64,000 nt of DNA from positions 276,061 to 340,060 of the forward strand of contig NZ_JAJOZS010000003.1 in the NCBI RefSeq assembly GCF_021168555.1. The letters are read 5' to 3'. The translations under genes and the position numbers were made by a program. The notes below the pieces were generated by a model. It was not told where the DNA came from. It did no database searches and saw only the letters and a program-made list of their open reading frames with translations. This DNA comes from Stenotrophomonas sp. MMGLT7 (lineage in GTDB: Bacteria > Pseudomonadota > Gammaproteobacteria > Xanthomonadales > Xanthomonadaceae). Shown one piece after another: positions 1 through 9,913 of this stretch; positions within the stretch are counted from its first letter, which is position 1; each line of letters opens with the position of its first letter.

Positions 1-338
1 GCCTGCCGGATCGCCTCGATCACGCTTTCCGTCGCCGACAAGACATCATGGCTCCAGAAACGGACAACCCTCCAACCTTGGATTTCGAGAAACCGCGTCC
101 GTGCGGCATCGACGGATTCACTGTGCCGGGAGCCGTCCAGTTCGATGATCAGTCTCGCCTCTTCGCAGCAGAAGTCCGCGACGTAGGGAGGAACAGGATG
201 CTGGCGGCGGAACTTGAATCCTTCGAGCTGCCTGCCCCGGAGACATTGCCAAAGCCTGCGTTCCGCATCGGTCATTTCATGCCGCAGGGTGCGTGCGTTC
301 TTGAGCGTGGTCGAGGGCAAGGGAGGTTTGATCTTCAT
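1..338 (-). CDS. DUF559/Vsr-like endonuclease-domain protein (5' part; 3' end runs off window start)
   Basis: Reverse-strand translation from ATG at 338: MKIKPPLPSTTLKNARTLRHEMTDAERRLWQCLRGRQLEGFKFRRQHPVPPYVADFCCEEARLIIELDGSRH...GWRVVRFWSHDV; typical DUF559 motif pattern (AE..LW..LR......F.RQ..I..Y..DF.......IE.DG..H). Not in ORF track because no stop inside window. Confidence 0.5.
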   Translation of the reverse strand, partial: MKIKPPLPSTTLKNARTLRHEMTDAERRLWQCLRGRQLEGFKFRRQHPVPPYVADFCCEEARLIIELDGSRHSESVDAARTRFLEIQGWRVVRFWSHDVLSATESVIEAIRQ

Positions 339-396
339 GATTCCACCGTACCCTCACCCCGCCCCCTCTCACGTAGGGAGAGGGGCTATAACGCCG

Positions 397-1527
397 TCAG
401 AGCACGCCGCGCTTGATCTGGTCGCGCTCGATGCTCTCGAACAGCGCCTGGAAGTTGCCTTCGCCGAAGCCCTCGTTGCCCTTGCGCTGGATGATCTCGA
501 AGAAGATCGGGCCGATGCAGTTCTCGGTGAAGATCTGCAGCAGCTTGCGCTTCTTCGTGTCCGGGTCGGCGTCGATCAGGATGCGGTTGCGGCGCAGCCG
601 CTCCACGTCCTCGCCATGGTCGGGGATGCGCTGGTCGATCACGTCGAAGTAGGCGTCCGGCGTGTCCAGGAACGCCACCCCGGCCGCGCGCATGCTCTCC
701 ACCGTGTCGTGGATGTTCTCGGTGAAGCAGGCGATGTGCTGGATGCCTTCGCCGTGGTAGGCGTCCAGGTACTCGTTGATCTGGCTCTTGGGGTCGGAGG
801 ACTCGTTGAGCGGGATGCGCACGATGCCGTCCGGCGCGGTCATCGCCTTGGACACCAGCCCGGTCCTGGCGCCCTTGATGTCGAAGTAGCGGATCTCGCG
901 GAAGTTGAACAGCCGCTCGTAGTAGTCCGACCACTGCTGCATGTGGCCGAAGTACAGGTTGTGCGTGAGGTGGTCGATGAACGTCAGGCCGAAGCCGCGC
1001 GGGTTCTGCTCGGCGCCGGGTACCGGCACGTAGTCGCCGTCGTAGATGCTGCCGGCCTGGCCGTAGCGGTCCACCAGGTACAGCATGCAGTCGCCGATGC
1101 CCTTGACCACCGGCGCGTCCACCGCGCGCGTGTCGGCGCGCTCGGCCACCGCCTCGCCGCCGTTGCCGAGCACCGTGGCGAAGACCTCGGCGGCCGGCTT
1201 GCGGAAGCGGATGGCGAAGCCGCAGGCGCACGGTCCGTGCGCGGCGGCGAATGCGGCGGCGAACGAGTCCGGGTCCTGGTTGACCAGGAAGTTCACCCCG
1301 CCCTGGCGGTACACCGTGATCGGGCGCGTGCGATGCCGCAGCACCGCGCTGAATCCCAGGCGCCGGAACAGCGTGTGCAGCGCCGCGCCCTCGCCGGGCG
1401 GCGCGGCGAACTCGACGAACTCGAAACCGTCGATCCCCATCGGGTTGTCGAACGTGGTCACCTGCATGCCCGGGTCGGGCCTGAAGGCGGTAGCTTGCGG
1501 CTGGGCACTCATCGGTTTTTCCTCCAC
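397..1527 (-). CDS. hppD: 4-hydroxyphenylpyruvate dioxygenase
   Basis: 376-aa ORF; C-terminal FFEIIQRKGNEGFGEGNFQALFESIERDQ and two VOC-fold modules characteristic of HPPD; good coding frame in high-GC context. Confidence 0.9.
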   Translation of the reverse strand: MEEKPMSAQPQATAFRPDPGMQVTTFDNPMGIDGFEFVEFAAPPGEGAALHTLFRRLGFSAVLRHRTRPITVYRQGGVNFLVNQDPDSFAAAFAAAHGPCACGFAIRFRKPAAEVFATVLGNGGEAVAERADTRAVDAPVVKGIGDCMLYLVDRYGQAGSIYDGDYVPVPGAEQNPRGFGLTFIDHLTHNLYFGHMQQWSDYYERLFNFREIRYFDIKGARTGLVSKAMTAPDGIVRIPLNESSDPKSQINEYLDAYHGEGIQHIACFTENIHDTVESMRAAGVAFLDTPDAYFDVIDQRIPDHGEDVERLRRNRILIDADPDTKKRKLLQIFTENCIGPIFFEIIQRKGNEGFGEGNFQALFESIERDQIKRGVL

Positions 1528-1645
1528 GCAAGGCCGCCCGGAAAAAAAGACTATGCGGGCCGGCGAAAGACCCGCGAGAATGGAGCGGGCCTAGACGAGC
1601 CTCCTTGTAGTTTCATATGAAACAGCCATCAAGACGCAGCGCAGC

Positions 1646-2134
1646 ATGAGCACATCCGATCCGACGCCTCCGCCGTCCCGCCACGAGGTCCTGCTGGACC
1701 TGGAGCGATTCCTGCCCTATCGCATCAGCGTGCTGTCCAACCGCGTCAGCGGCAACATCGCCCGCGTGTATGGCGAGCGCTACGGCATGGCGATCCCGGA
1801 ATGGCGGGTGATCACCATCCTGGCCCTGTATCCCGGCTCGTCGGCCAGCCAGGTCTCCGAGCGCACGGCGATGGACAAGGTGGCGGTGAGCCGGGCGGTG
1901 GCGCGGCTGCTGGAGCGCGGCTTCATCAGGCGCGAGACCCACGGCGACGACCGCCGCCGCTCGATGCTGGCGCTGTCGGCCGCCGGGCGCGAGGTCTACG
2001 AGACCGTGGCGCCGCTGGTCAACGAGATGGAGCGGCGGCTGATGTCGGTGCTGAGCGAGCAGGAACAGCAGACGCTGGAACACCTGATCGACCGGCTGGC
2101 GACCGCCGGGCTGCCGCGGATGGCCCAGGACTGA
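1646..2134 (+). CDS. MarR-family transcriptional regulator (divergent from hppD)
   Basis: 162-aa ORF with winged-HTH MarR pattern (…LALYPGSSASQVSERTAMDKVAVSRAVARLLERGFIRRE…DRR…LSAAG). Divergent arrangement with hppD typical of aromatic-catabolic regulators. Confidence 0.8.
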   Translation: MSTSDPTPPPSRHEVLLDLERFLPYRISVLSNRVSGNIARVYGERYGMAIPEWRVITILALYPGSSASQVSERTAMDKVAVSRAVARLLERGFIRRETHGDDRRRSMLALSAAGREVYETVAPLVNEMERRLMSVLSEQEQQTLEHLIDRLATAGLPRMAQD

Positions 2135-2457
2135 AGGCGGCCCCGCCGCATCGGCCGGCGACGCCGCCGGCCTGCCCGCGATCCGGGCGGTGTCCGCCCT
2201 CGTAGCGGGGATGCGGGCGCAAGCACCGGCGCAGGCAACGAAGGCGGTCGTCGTCGCCGCGGCTCCCACGACCGAAGCGCTTCTCCGCAGCCGGAGTGCT
2301 CGCAACGCCGGAACGCTTCATCGGGGCGGAAAGACGGGCCACGGCCGGTCGTGGCGGGTCAACCTGGAGAAGCCGCGATCGTCGCTCCCGCGAAGGCGGG
2401 AGCCCGGGGACGTTGCGGCGACCGGCGCGGACGCCCTCGCGACCTGTCCACGATCTC

Positions 2458-2531
2458 CCGTAGGAGCGACTTCAGTCGCGATGGGGCTTTACCGGTGGAG
2501 CCCCGTCGCGACTGAAGTCGCTCCTACGGGC
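2458..2531. repeat. REP-type palindromic element (GTAGGAGCGACTTCAGTCGCGA … TCGCGACTGAAGTCGCTCCTAC)
   Basis: Two ~24-bp inverted copies flanking a ~26-bp loop; same unit recurs at 13990, 35910, 38572 and (variant) 13151. Confidence 0.8.
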
Positions 2532-2829
2532 AGCCGGCTCTCCTGCTCGTCGTTCCTGAGCCACGGCGACCGCTCGGCACCTGCTGCGCCCATGCGGGGA
2601 TCGTGCACGGGCTCCTGGACGATCAGCCGCCAGCCTGCTCCCCGCCTGCGCGGGGATGGCCGGACGCAAGCTCCGGCGCGCAGGCCCCGATCCGGATTCC
2701 GATACCGCCGAGCACGCCGGCAGCCCCGTCCCGGCCGTTCGACGCTGCAGTCGCCTGGCCCGGCAAGCGCAGCGCAACCGGGACCGGCCGGGGGCAGCGA
2801 TCGCCGCACCCGGCCACCGCCCGCATCGA

Positions 2830-3435
2830 TCAGGGCGTGTCGCCCTGGTTCTCCGGCGGCGCCCACTGCTTGAGGAAGTCGAAGAACTTGCCGCGGTCGT
2901 AGCCCTTGCCCTTCTCCAGCTCGCCGGTGAACTGCGAATGCAGCAGCTTGCCGTCGTTGTCGAGCACGAACAGGTGCGGATAGCCCTTGATCTCGGGGAA
3001 CTGCGACAGGAACGCCTGGTTCTCGTTCTCCTCGCTGTAGTTCACCTTGACCCAGACGTAGTTGGCGTCGCGGAAGCGGCGGATCTCGCTGTCGCCGGCG
3101 ATGAAGTCGTCGAGGATGTGGCACCACGAGCACCACTCCCCGCCCACGTCCAGCAGGATGCGCTTGCCGCCGCGCTTGGCCTCGACCTTGGCGGTCTCCA
3201 GGTCGGCGACCGGGTCGCGCGCCGGGTCGAAGCTGGCGCTGAGCGCGGCGATGGCGGCGATGTCGGCGGCGGCCGGGGTGTTGCCCGAGGCCACCGGCTG
3301 GCTGGGATCGGCCACCGGCGGCTTCTGCTCGGTGGTGTCCAGCGCGCGCGCCGGTTCCGGTTCCGGCACCTTCTGGCAGGCCGCCACGGCCATGGCCAGC
3401 GCCAGCAGCAGGGACAACTTGGGCAGCATCGGCAT
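2830..3435 (-). CDS. thioredoxin-fold lipoprotein (CxxC motif WCSWC)
   Basis: 201-aa product from internal ATG of the 678-aa ORF: MPMLPKLSLLLALAMAVAAC lipoprotein signal; GGEWCSWCH thioredoxin-like active site. ATG overlaps the stop of the upstream POT gene (TGATG). Confidence 0.7.
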   Translation of the reverse strand: MPMLPKLSLLLALAMAVAACQKVPEPEPARALDTTEQKPPVADPSQPVASGNTPAAADIAAIAALSASFDPARDPVADLETAKVEAKRGGKRILLDVGGEWCSWCHILDDFIAGDSEIRRFRDANYVWVKVNYSEENENQAFLSQFPEIKGYPHLFVLDNDGKLLHSQFTGELEKGKGYDRGKFFDFLKQWAPPENQGDTP

Positions 3436-4967
3436 CACTTCACCCCGTGCATCAGTTTGTTGATCAGCGGCGCGAGCAGGAACAGCAGCACGCCCGCGCC
3501 GATCAGCGACCAGAAGCCGAAGGTATACCCGGTCAGCGCTGAATCCACGGTCATCCCGCTCTCGCCGCTGACGATGCCGGCGAAGATGCCCGACAGGTTG
3601 TTGCCGATCGCGGTGGCCAGGAACCAGCCGCCCATCGCCAGGCCGACCAGCCGCACCGGCGCCAGCTTGGTCACCATCGACAGGCCGATCGGCGACAGGC
3701 ACAGCTCGCCCACCGTCTGCACCAGGTACACCGCCACCAGCGTCCACAGCGGGATGCGGCCGCTGCCGTCCACCAGCGCCGATAGCGCGAACATCAGCAG
3801 CGCGAACGCCAGGCCGTTGAAGATCAGGCCCAGGCCGAACTTGCGCGGGATCGACGGCTCCAGCCGGCGCTTGTCCAGGAACGCCCACACCAGCGTGACC
3901 AGCGGCGCGAACAGGATGATGCCCACCGGGTTGACCGACTGGAACCAGCCGACCGGGAACTCCCAGCCGCCGATGCCGCGGTCGACGATGTTCTGCGCCA
4001 GGAAGTTGAACGAGCTGCCGGCCTGCTCGAAGAACATGAAGAACATCACGTTGAACAGGAAGATGATCAGCATCGCGATCACCCGGTGCGTCTGCACCAC
4101 GCCGGTGCGCACGGCCTCCATCAACAGCATCACCGCCAGGCCGATGAACAGCAGGCCCAGCAGCCACGCCAGCGGGGTGGCGCCGAGCTTGGCCAGCAGC
4201 AGGTACACCAGCGGGATGGCGAGGATGCAGCCGATCGCCACCCACAGCACCCGCAGCAGGCTCTCGCCGCCGGCCGGCGGCAGGCCGATGCCCTTGAGCT
4301 GGCGCTTGCCCAGCCAGAACCACACCAGGCTGATCAGCATGCCGAAGCCCGAGGCCACGAACACCGCCTTGTAGTTCTGCGTCATCGGCGTGCCGAACAC
4401 CTGCTCGGCCAGCCAGCCGGTCAGCAGCGGCGAGAAGAACGAGCCGGCGTTGATGCCCATGTAGAACAGGGTGAAGCCGCGGTCGCGGCGGGCATCGCCC
4501 GGCGCGTACAGCTGGCCGACCATGGAGGAGATGTTGGGCTTGAACAGGCCGTTGCCGACGATGATCGTGGACAGGCCGAACTCGAACAGCAGCTGGCTGG
4601 GCAGGGCGATCATGAACAGGCCCACCGCCATCACCACCGCGCCGAGCAGGATCGAGCGCTGGTAGCCGATGATACGGTCGGCGACGTAGCCGCCGAAGAT
4701 CGCGCTGGCGTACACCAGCGCCAGGTAGGCGCCGTAGGTGCGGTTGGCATCGCCTTCGCCGGTTGAACTTCCGCCTGCGAACTGCGCCACGATGTACAGC
4801 GTCAGCGCCCAGCGGATGCCGTAGAAGGCGAAGCGCTCCCAGAACTCGGCCATGAACAGCATCCACAGCGGCTTGGGATGGCCGAGCAGGGTGTCGAACT
4901 GCGGCGGTTGCGTTGGCGGCTGCGGCGGAATGGAGGCAGGTTTCGGCGCGAGGTCGTCAACGCTCAT
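3435..4967 (-). CDS. proton-dependent oligopeptide transporter (POT/PTR2 family, DtpT-like)
   Basis: 510-aa polytopic membrane protein; motifs ERFAFYGIRW, GNGLFKPNISS typical of POT family. Confidence 0.85.
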   Translation of the reverse strand: MSVDDLAPKPASIPPQPPTQPPQFDTLLGHPKPLWMLFMAEFWERFAFYGIRWALTLYIVAQFAGGSSTGEGDANRTYGAYLALVYASAIFGGYVADRIIGYQRSILLGAVVMAVGLFMIALPSQLLFEFGLSTIIVGNGLFKPNISSMVGQLYAPGDARRDRGFTLFYMGINAGSFFSPLLTGWLAEQVFGTPMTQNYKAVFVASGFGMLISLVWFWLGKRQLKGIGLPPAGGESLLRVLWVAIGCILAIPLVYLLLAKLGATPLAWLLGLLFIGLAVMLLMEAVRTGVVQTHRVIAMLIIFLFNVMFFMFFEQAGSSFNFLAQNIVDRGIGGWEFPVGWFQSVNPVGIILFAPLVTLVWAFLDKRRLEPSIPRKFGLGLIFNGLAFALLMFALSALVDGSGRIPLWTLVAVYLVQTVGELCLSPIGLSMVTKLAPVRLVGLAMGGWFLATAIGNNLSGIFAGIVSGESGMTVDSALTGYTFGFWSLIGAGVLLFLLAPLINKLMHGVK

Positions 4968-5107
4968 GCTGGGAGTCCCTTGCTGGTTCGATCGATGGCG
5001 GTGCCCGGCCGCGGCCGGGTGGACGCGGCAGGATCACCGACAGGCGCGGTTCACGTCAAATGAACGGGCGCGATGGGCAGCGGGCGCAGGCGCACCGGTA
5101 TGCGCTC

Positions 5108-5980
5108 CTACGGTGCCGGCGGCGCCGGCAGGCCCACCGAGGTGCGCACCTCGAACAGCTCCGGGAAGAAGGTCAGCTCCAGCGCCTGGCGCAGGAAGCC
5201 GACGCCGCTGGAACCGCCGGTGCCGCGCTTGAAGCCGATCACCCGCATCACCGTGCGCATGTGGCGGAAGCGCCACAGCTGGAACTGCGTCTCCAGGTCC
5301 ACCAGGTCCTCGGCCAGCGAGTACTCGCGCCAGTAGCGGTCGGTGTTCTCGTAGATGCGCTCGAACACCGGCCGCAGCGCCGGGTCGGACACGTGCGGGG
5401 CCGACCAGTCGCGCTGCAGGTGGGTTTCCGGCACGGCGTGGCCCCAGCGCGCCAGGTAGCGCAGGAATTCCGCGTACAGGCTCGGCGCCTGCAGCACGCG
5501 CTCCAGGTCGGCCTGGCCCCGGGGGTCGTAGGCGAACACCTTGAGCATCTGCGCGTTCTTGTTGCCGAGCAGGAACTCGATGTAGCGGTACTGCAGCGAC
5601 TGGAAGCCCGAGGCCGGGCCCAGGGTGTCGCGGAAGCCCATGTACTCCGAGGGGGTGAGCGTCTCCAGCACCGACCACTGCTCGGTGAGCTGGCGCAGCA
5701 CCTGCTTGCTGCGCGCCAGCACCTTGCGGCACTGCCAGACCTCGTCGCGCTGCAGGTGCGCCAGCGCGGCGTGCAGCTCGTGCGCCAGCAGCTTGAGCCA
5801 CAGCTCGGAGGTCTGGTGCTGGATGATGAACATCATCTCGTCGTGGTGCGGCGGGTCCGACAGCGGCTGCTGGGCCGACAGCAGCCGGTCCAGGCGCAGG
5901 TAGCCGCCATAGGTCAGCCGTCCTTCCAGGTCGGTATGGATGCCGGCTTCGAGCGGGCGCTGGTTCTTCTCGACGGGCAT
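5108..5980 (-). CDS. kynA: tryptophan 2,3-dioxygenase
   Basis: 290-aa ORF; conserved TDO blocks ([50 protein letters not shown]). Confidence 0.85.
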   Translation of the reverse strand: MPVEKNQRPLEAGIHTDLEGRLTYGGYLRLDRLLSAQQPLSDPPHHDEMMFIIQHQTSELWLKLLAHELHAALAHLQRDEVWQCRKVLARSKQVLRQLTEQWSVLETLTPSEYMGFRDTLGPASGFQSLQYRYIEFLLGNKNAQMLKVFAYDPRGQADLERVLQAPSLYAEFLRYLARWGHAVPETHLQRDWSAPHVSDPALRPVFERIYENTDRYWREYSLAEDLVDLETQFQLWRFRHMRTVMRVIGFKRGTGGSSGVGFLRQALELTFFPELFEVRTSVGLPAPPAP

Positions 5981-6025
5981 GGGCGGCGGCGTCCGGGGCG
6001 GGGGCCAAGCGTACCGCAGCGGCCG

Positions 6026-6043
6026 GCTGTCACATCGCCGTCA
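6026..6043 (+). promoter_or_regulatory. Pho-box-like site (CTGTCAC-ATCG-CCGTCAG) ~100 bp upstream of nuclease gene
   Basis: First half-site perfect match to PhoB consensus CTGTCAT/C, 4-nt spacer, second half-site 5/7. Confidence 0.35.
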
Positions 6044-6145
6044 GCACCGGGCCGCAGACTCGGGCAGAATCGACGGGCGCGGACCGTCTGCGACGGACGG
6101 CCGCAGGGGCGCTCACACCATGACTCTACGGACGGGGATCTTCCG

Positions 6146-9100
6146 ATGCGATCGATGCAGTTTCGTGCCGCACTGCTTGCCTGCGTGCTTTCACCCTGCG
6201 TGCTGGCCCTCGCCGGCCAGGCGCAGGCCCAGGTGGTCATCAGCCAGGTGTACGGCGGCGGCGGCAACAGCGGGGCCACCTACCGCAGCGACTTCGTCGA
6301 GCTGCACAACAACGGCACCCAGGCGGTGGACCTGTCGGGCTGGTCGCTGCAGTACGCCTCGGCCGCCGGCAGCAGCTGGCAGGTGACGCCGCTGGCCGGC
6401 AGCATCGCCGCCGGCGGCTACTACCTGGTCAAGCAGGCCGACGGCAGCGGCGGCAGCGCCGACCTGCCCGCCGCGGACGCCACCGGCACCATCGCCATGA
6501 GCGCCACCGCCGGCAAGGTGGCGCTGAGCAGTTCCGCCGCCGCGCTCAGCGGCACCTGCCCCACCGGCAACGTCGATTTCGTCGGCTTCGGCAGCACCGC
6601 CAGCTGCGCCGAGGGCAGCAGCCGCGCGCCGGCGCCGAGCAACGCCCTGGCGATCGCGCGCGGCGAAGGCGGCTGCAGCGACAGCGACGACAACGCCGCC
6701 GACTTCGCCACCGCCAGCCCCGAGCCGCGCAACGGCGCCGCCACGCCCAGGCTGTGCGCCGGCGGCGGCGCCATCATCGCCACCCTGGGCGACGTGCGCC
6801 GCGCCGAGGGCGATGCCGGCACCACCGATTTCGTGTTCACCCTGGCGCTGAGCGAGCCGGCCCCGGAAGGCGGCATCGGCTTCAACGTCGCCACCGCCGA
6901 CGGCAGCGCCAGCGCCGGCAGCGACTACGACGCGCTGGCCACCACCGCGATGACCATCGCTGCCGGCCAGAGCAGCGCCTCGATCGTGGTCAAGGTCCAC
7001 GGGGATACCGTGGCCGAGCCCGACGAGACCTTCGCGCTGCGGGTCAGCGACATCGCCGGCGCGCTGCCGGCCAGCCTGGAAGCCACCGCCACCATCGTCA
7101 ACGACGACTTCCAGCTGCTGCCGATCCACGCCATCCAGGGCAGCGGCGCACGCTCGCCGCTGGAAGGCCAGGTGGTCGCCGCCAGCGGCATCGTCACCGC
7201 GCGCCGCGGCAACGGCTTCTTCATGCAGGCGCCCGACGCCGAGGCCGACGCCGATCCGCTGACCTCCGAGGGCATCTTCGTCTACCTCGGCAGCGCGCCG
7301 CCGGAGGACGCGGCGGTCGGCAACCGGGTCAAGGTGCAGGGCACGGTGCTCGAATACGTGCCAAGCGCCGATCCGGCGCAGCCGCCGCTGACCGAGATCG
7401 GCGGCGCGCCGACGGTGATCCTGCAGTCCACCGGCCACGCCCTGCCCGCGCCGGTGGCGCTGACCGCGCAGTTCCCCGACGCGGACGGTGCCTACGACCA
7501 GCTCGAGCGCCTGGAAGGCATGCGCGTCACCGCCGCCAGCCTGACCGTCAACACGCCCACCGCCGGCAACGTCAGCGAGGCCACCGCCACGGCCACCAGC
7601 AACGGCGTGTTCCACGCCGTGGTCACCGGCGTGCCGCGCGCCTGGCGCGGCCCCGGCGTGCAGCAGCCCGACCCGCTGCCGGCCGGCTCGCCGGCCGGGG
7701 TGCCGCGCTGGAACACCAACCCGCAGGTGATCGCGGTGGCCAGCGCCGGCCTCGGCGGCGAGCGCCTGGACCTGGCCGCCGGCTGCGTGGTCACCGGCGT
7801 CACCGGCCCGCTGGACTACAGCTACCGCCGCTACACCCTGTACCCGGAGACCACCCCGGCGTTCAGCTGCGCCGAGGCCACCCGGCCGCGGCCGGCGCCG
7901 CAGCCGCAGGCCGACGACGTCAGCGTGGCCAGCTACAACCTGGAGCGCTTCTTCGACGACCAGAACGACCCGGCCATCGGCGAGCCGGTGCTGTCCCCGG
8001 CCGCCTACCAGGGCCGCCTCAACAAGGCCTCGCTGGCGGTGCGCGACTTCCTGCACCTGCCCGACATCCTCGGCGTGGCCGAGGTCGAGAACCTGCAGGT
8101 GCTGCAGACCCTGGCCGCGCGCATCGGCACCGACGCGGTGGCCGCCGGCCAGCCGGACCCGGGCTACGCCGCCTACCTGCTGGAAGGCAACGACGTCGGC
8201 GGCATCGATGTCGGCTTCCTGGTCAGGACCGCCGAGGTCGGCGCCGGGCTGGCGCGGGTGCAGGTGGAGGAGGTCGAGCAGATCGGCAAGGACACCACCT
8301 GGACCGAGCCGGCCGGCGGCGTCAGCCTGCTCAACGACCGCCCGCCGCTGCTGCTCAAGGCCAAGGTCAACTTCGCCGACGGCCGCCAGCTGCCGCTGAC
8401 CGTCGTCGCCGTGCACCAGCGCTCGCTCAACGGCGCCGAGACCGACGACGCCTCCGGCCAGCGCATCCGCGCCAAGCGCCAGGCCCAGGCCGAGTTCCTG
8501 GCCAACCTGCTGCAGGCGCGCCAGGCCGCCGACCCGGCCGAGCAGGTGCTGGTGCTGGGCGACTTCAACGCCTTCGAGTTCAACGACGGCTATGTCGACG
8601 CGATGGGCACGGTGACCGGGCGCCCCTCGCCCGACGCGCAGACCGTGGTCGCCGGCGACGGCGCCGACCTGGTCGATCCGGACTACACCGACCTGACCTG
8701 GATGCTGCCGCCGGACCAGAGCTACTCCTACGCCTACGACGGCAACGTGCAGTCGCTGGACCACATCGTCGCCAGCCAGGCGCTGCTGGAGTCGCCGCAG
8801 CTGGCGACGCTGGTCTACGGCCATGCGCGCATCAACGCCGACCAGCCGGAGATCGCGCGCAACGACGCCGGCTCGGCCGCGCGCCTGTCCGACCACGACC
8901 CGGCGCTGGTGCTGCTGCGGCTGAAGCTGCAGCGCTTCGCCGACCTCGGCCTGGCCGCCAACGCCGACCGCGCGCAGGTCGCCGCCGGCGGCACCATCGG
9001 CTACACCGTGGACGTGGACAACCACGGCCCGGATGCGGCCGAGCACGCCGCCGTGGCGTTCGTGTTCGACGCCGCGGTGCAGCCGCAGGTGGGGGCGCCG

Positions 9101-9736
9101 GAAGGCTGGAGCTGCAGCGAGCCGGGCGGTACCACCACCGTTACCTGCACCATCGCCCGGCTGGGCAGCGGCGCGGCGCAGCGCTTCGTGCTGCAGGTGC
9201 CCACCGACAGCGCGCTGGCCGGGCGCTCGCTGTCGATGGCGGCCTCGGTCAAGTCGCAGACGCCGGACCCGCAGGCCGGCAACGACAACGCCGCGGTCGG
9301 CGTCGAGGTCGAGGCCGACCGCGCGGGCAACCTGTCGCTGCGCATCGACGGGCCGCGGCAGCTGCCGTGGTACGCGCTGCGCGCCGACTACCGCCTGGTG
9401 CTGTCCAACCTCGGCGAGCGCGGCGCCGAGGGCGCGCAGCTGCGCATCGACGGCAGCACCCTGGCCGGGCTGGCCTCGGTGCAGGCGCCGGCCGGCTGGC
9501 GATGCGTCAAAACGTCACTATCTGCCTTGCGGCCGCTTGGCTATCTTTGCTCTGCCGCCGCCGCGCTGGCGCCAGGAAACACGACGACTTTCGGGGTGAG
9601 GGTCAACAGGTTTCCGGCGCTCGCCGGCGGCGCAATCAATTTGCAGGCAGCCGCGTCCTCGTCCACGGCGGACAGCGACGCCAGCGACAACGACGCCTCC
9701 GCCGAGACCCGGGTGTGCTCCTGGCGCGGATGCTGA
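6146..9736 (+). CDS. ExeM/NucH-family extracellular nuclease (signal peptide + lamin-tail domain + Calx-beta + endonuclease/exonuclease/phosphatase domain + C-terminal DUF11-like repeats)
   Basis: Internal ATG (MRSMQFRAALLACVL… signal peptide) inside a 1607-aa ORF whose N-terminal 410 aa are Ala/Arg-rich shadow. LTD block VVISQVYGGGGNSGATYRSDFVELHNNGTQAVDLSGWSLQ; EEP block VSVASYNLERFFDD…LGDFNAFEF…SDHDP. Confidence 0.8.
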   Translation: MRSMQFRAALLACVLSPCVLALAGQAQAQVVISQVYGGGGNSGATYRSDFVELHNNGTQAVDLSGWSLQYASAAGSSWQVTPLAGSIAAGGYYLVKQADGSGGSADLPAADATGTIAMSATAGKVALSSSAAALSGTCPTGNVDFVGFGSTASCAEGSSRAPAPSNALAIARGEGGCSDSDDNAADFATASPEPRNGAATPRLCAGGGAIIATLGDVRRAEGDAGTTDFVFTLALSEPAPEGGIGFNVATADGSASAGSDYDALATTAMTIAAGQSSASIVVKVHGDTVAEPDETFALRVSDIAGALPASLEATATIVNDDFQLLPIHAIQGSGARSPLEGQVVAASGIVTARRGNGFFMQAPDAEADADPLTSEGIFVYLGSAPPEDAAVGNRVKVQGTVLEYVPSADPAQPPLTEIGGAPTVILQSTGHALPAPVALTAQFPDADGAYDQLERLEGMRVTAASLTVNTPTAGNVSEATATATSNGVFHAVVTGVPRAWRGPGVQQPDPLPAGSPAGVPRWNTNPQVIAVASAGLGGERLDLAAGCVVTGVTGPLDYSYRRYTLYPETTPAFSCAEATRPRPAPQPQADDVSVASYNLERFFDDQNDPAIGEPVLSPAAYQGRLNKASLAVRDFLHLPDILGVAEVENLQVLQTLAARIGTDAVAAGQPDPGYAAYLLEGNDVGGIDVGFLVRTAEVGAGLARVQVEEVEQIGKDTTWTEPAGGVSLLNDRPPLLLKAKVNFADGRQLPLTVVAVHQRSLNGAETDDASGQRIRAKRQAQAEFLANLLQARQAADPAEQVLVLGDFNAFEFNDGYVDAMGTVTGRPSPDAQTVVAGDGADLVDPDYTDLTWMLPPDQSYSYAYDGNVQSLDHIVASQALLESPQLATLVYGHARINADQPEIARNDAGSAARLSDHDPALVLLRLKLQRFADLGLAANADRAQVAAGGTIGYTVDVDNHGPDAAEHAAVAFVFDAAVQPQVGAPEGWSCSEPGGTTTVTCTIARLGSGAAQRFVLQVPTDSALAGRSLSMAASVKSQTPDPQAGNDNAAVGVEVEADRAGNLSLRIDGPRQLPWYALRADYRLVLSNLGERGAEGAQLRIDGSTLAGLASVQAPAGWRCVKTSLSALRPLGYLCSAAAALAPGNTTTFGVRVNRFPALAGGAINLQAAASSSTADSDASDNDASAETRVCSWRGC

Positions 9737-9774
9737 ACAGGACTCGCGCGACCGCGATCGAAGTAGGAAACTAA

Positions 9775-9807
9775 GGAACGCGGCTCCGGCCGCGTTCCTT
9801 GTTTGTG
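9775..9807 (+). terminator. rho-independent terminator after nuclease gene
   Basis: ggaacgcgg-ctccgg-ccgcgttcc perfect 9-bp stem followed by TTGTTTGTG. Confidence 0.6.
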
Positions 9808-9913
9808 CATGGCAACAAGCCGACGGGCTGAAGAGGGTGTTGCGCCGCAGGAGGGCTTTGCCGTCGCGGTTCCTTACCATGCGCATTCCTATCATTTGAA
9901 ACTTCCTGCCAGG

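Noticed and set aside
214-1620. 468-aa + strand ORF and two 380-aa minus-frame ORFs overlapping hppD
   Set aside because: Ala/Arg/Gly/Val-rich low-complexity translations typical of out-of-frame shadows in 70% GC DNA; the HPPD frame has clear family motifs.
4913-6145. N-terminal 410 aa of the 1607-aa ORF (and 5034..6008, 5914..6279 ORFs) overlapping kynA
   Set aside because: Arg/Ala/Gln-rich shadow sequence; the nuclease signal peptide starts at the internal ATG 6146; kynA on the opposite strand has real motifs.
6191-9774. 951-aa minus-strand ORF and 1006-aa +2-frame ORF inside the nuclease gene
   Set aside because: Extreme Arg/Gly/Ala bias, no domain motifs; shadows of the nuclease frame.
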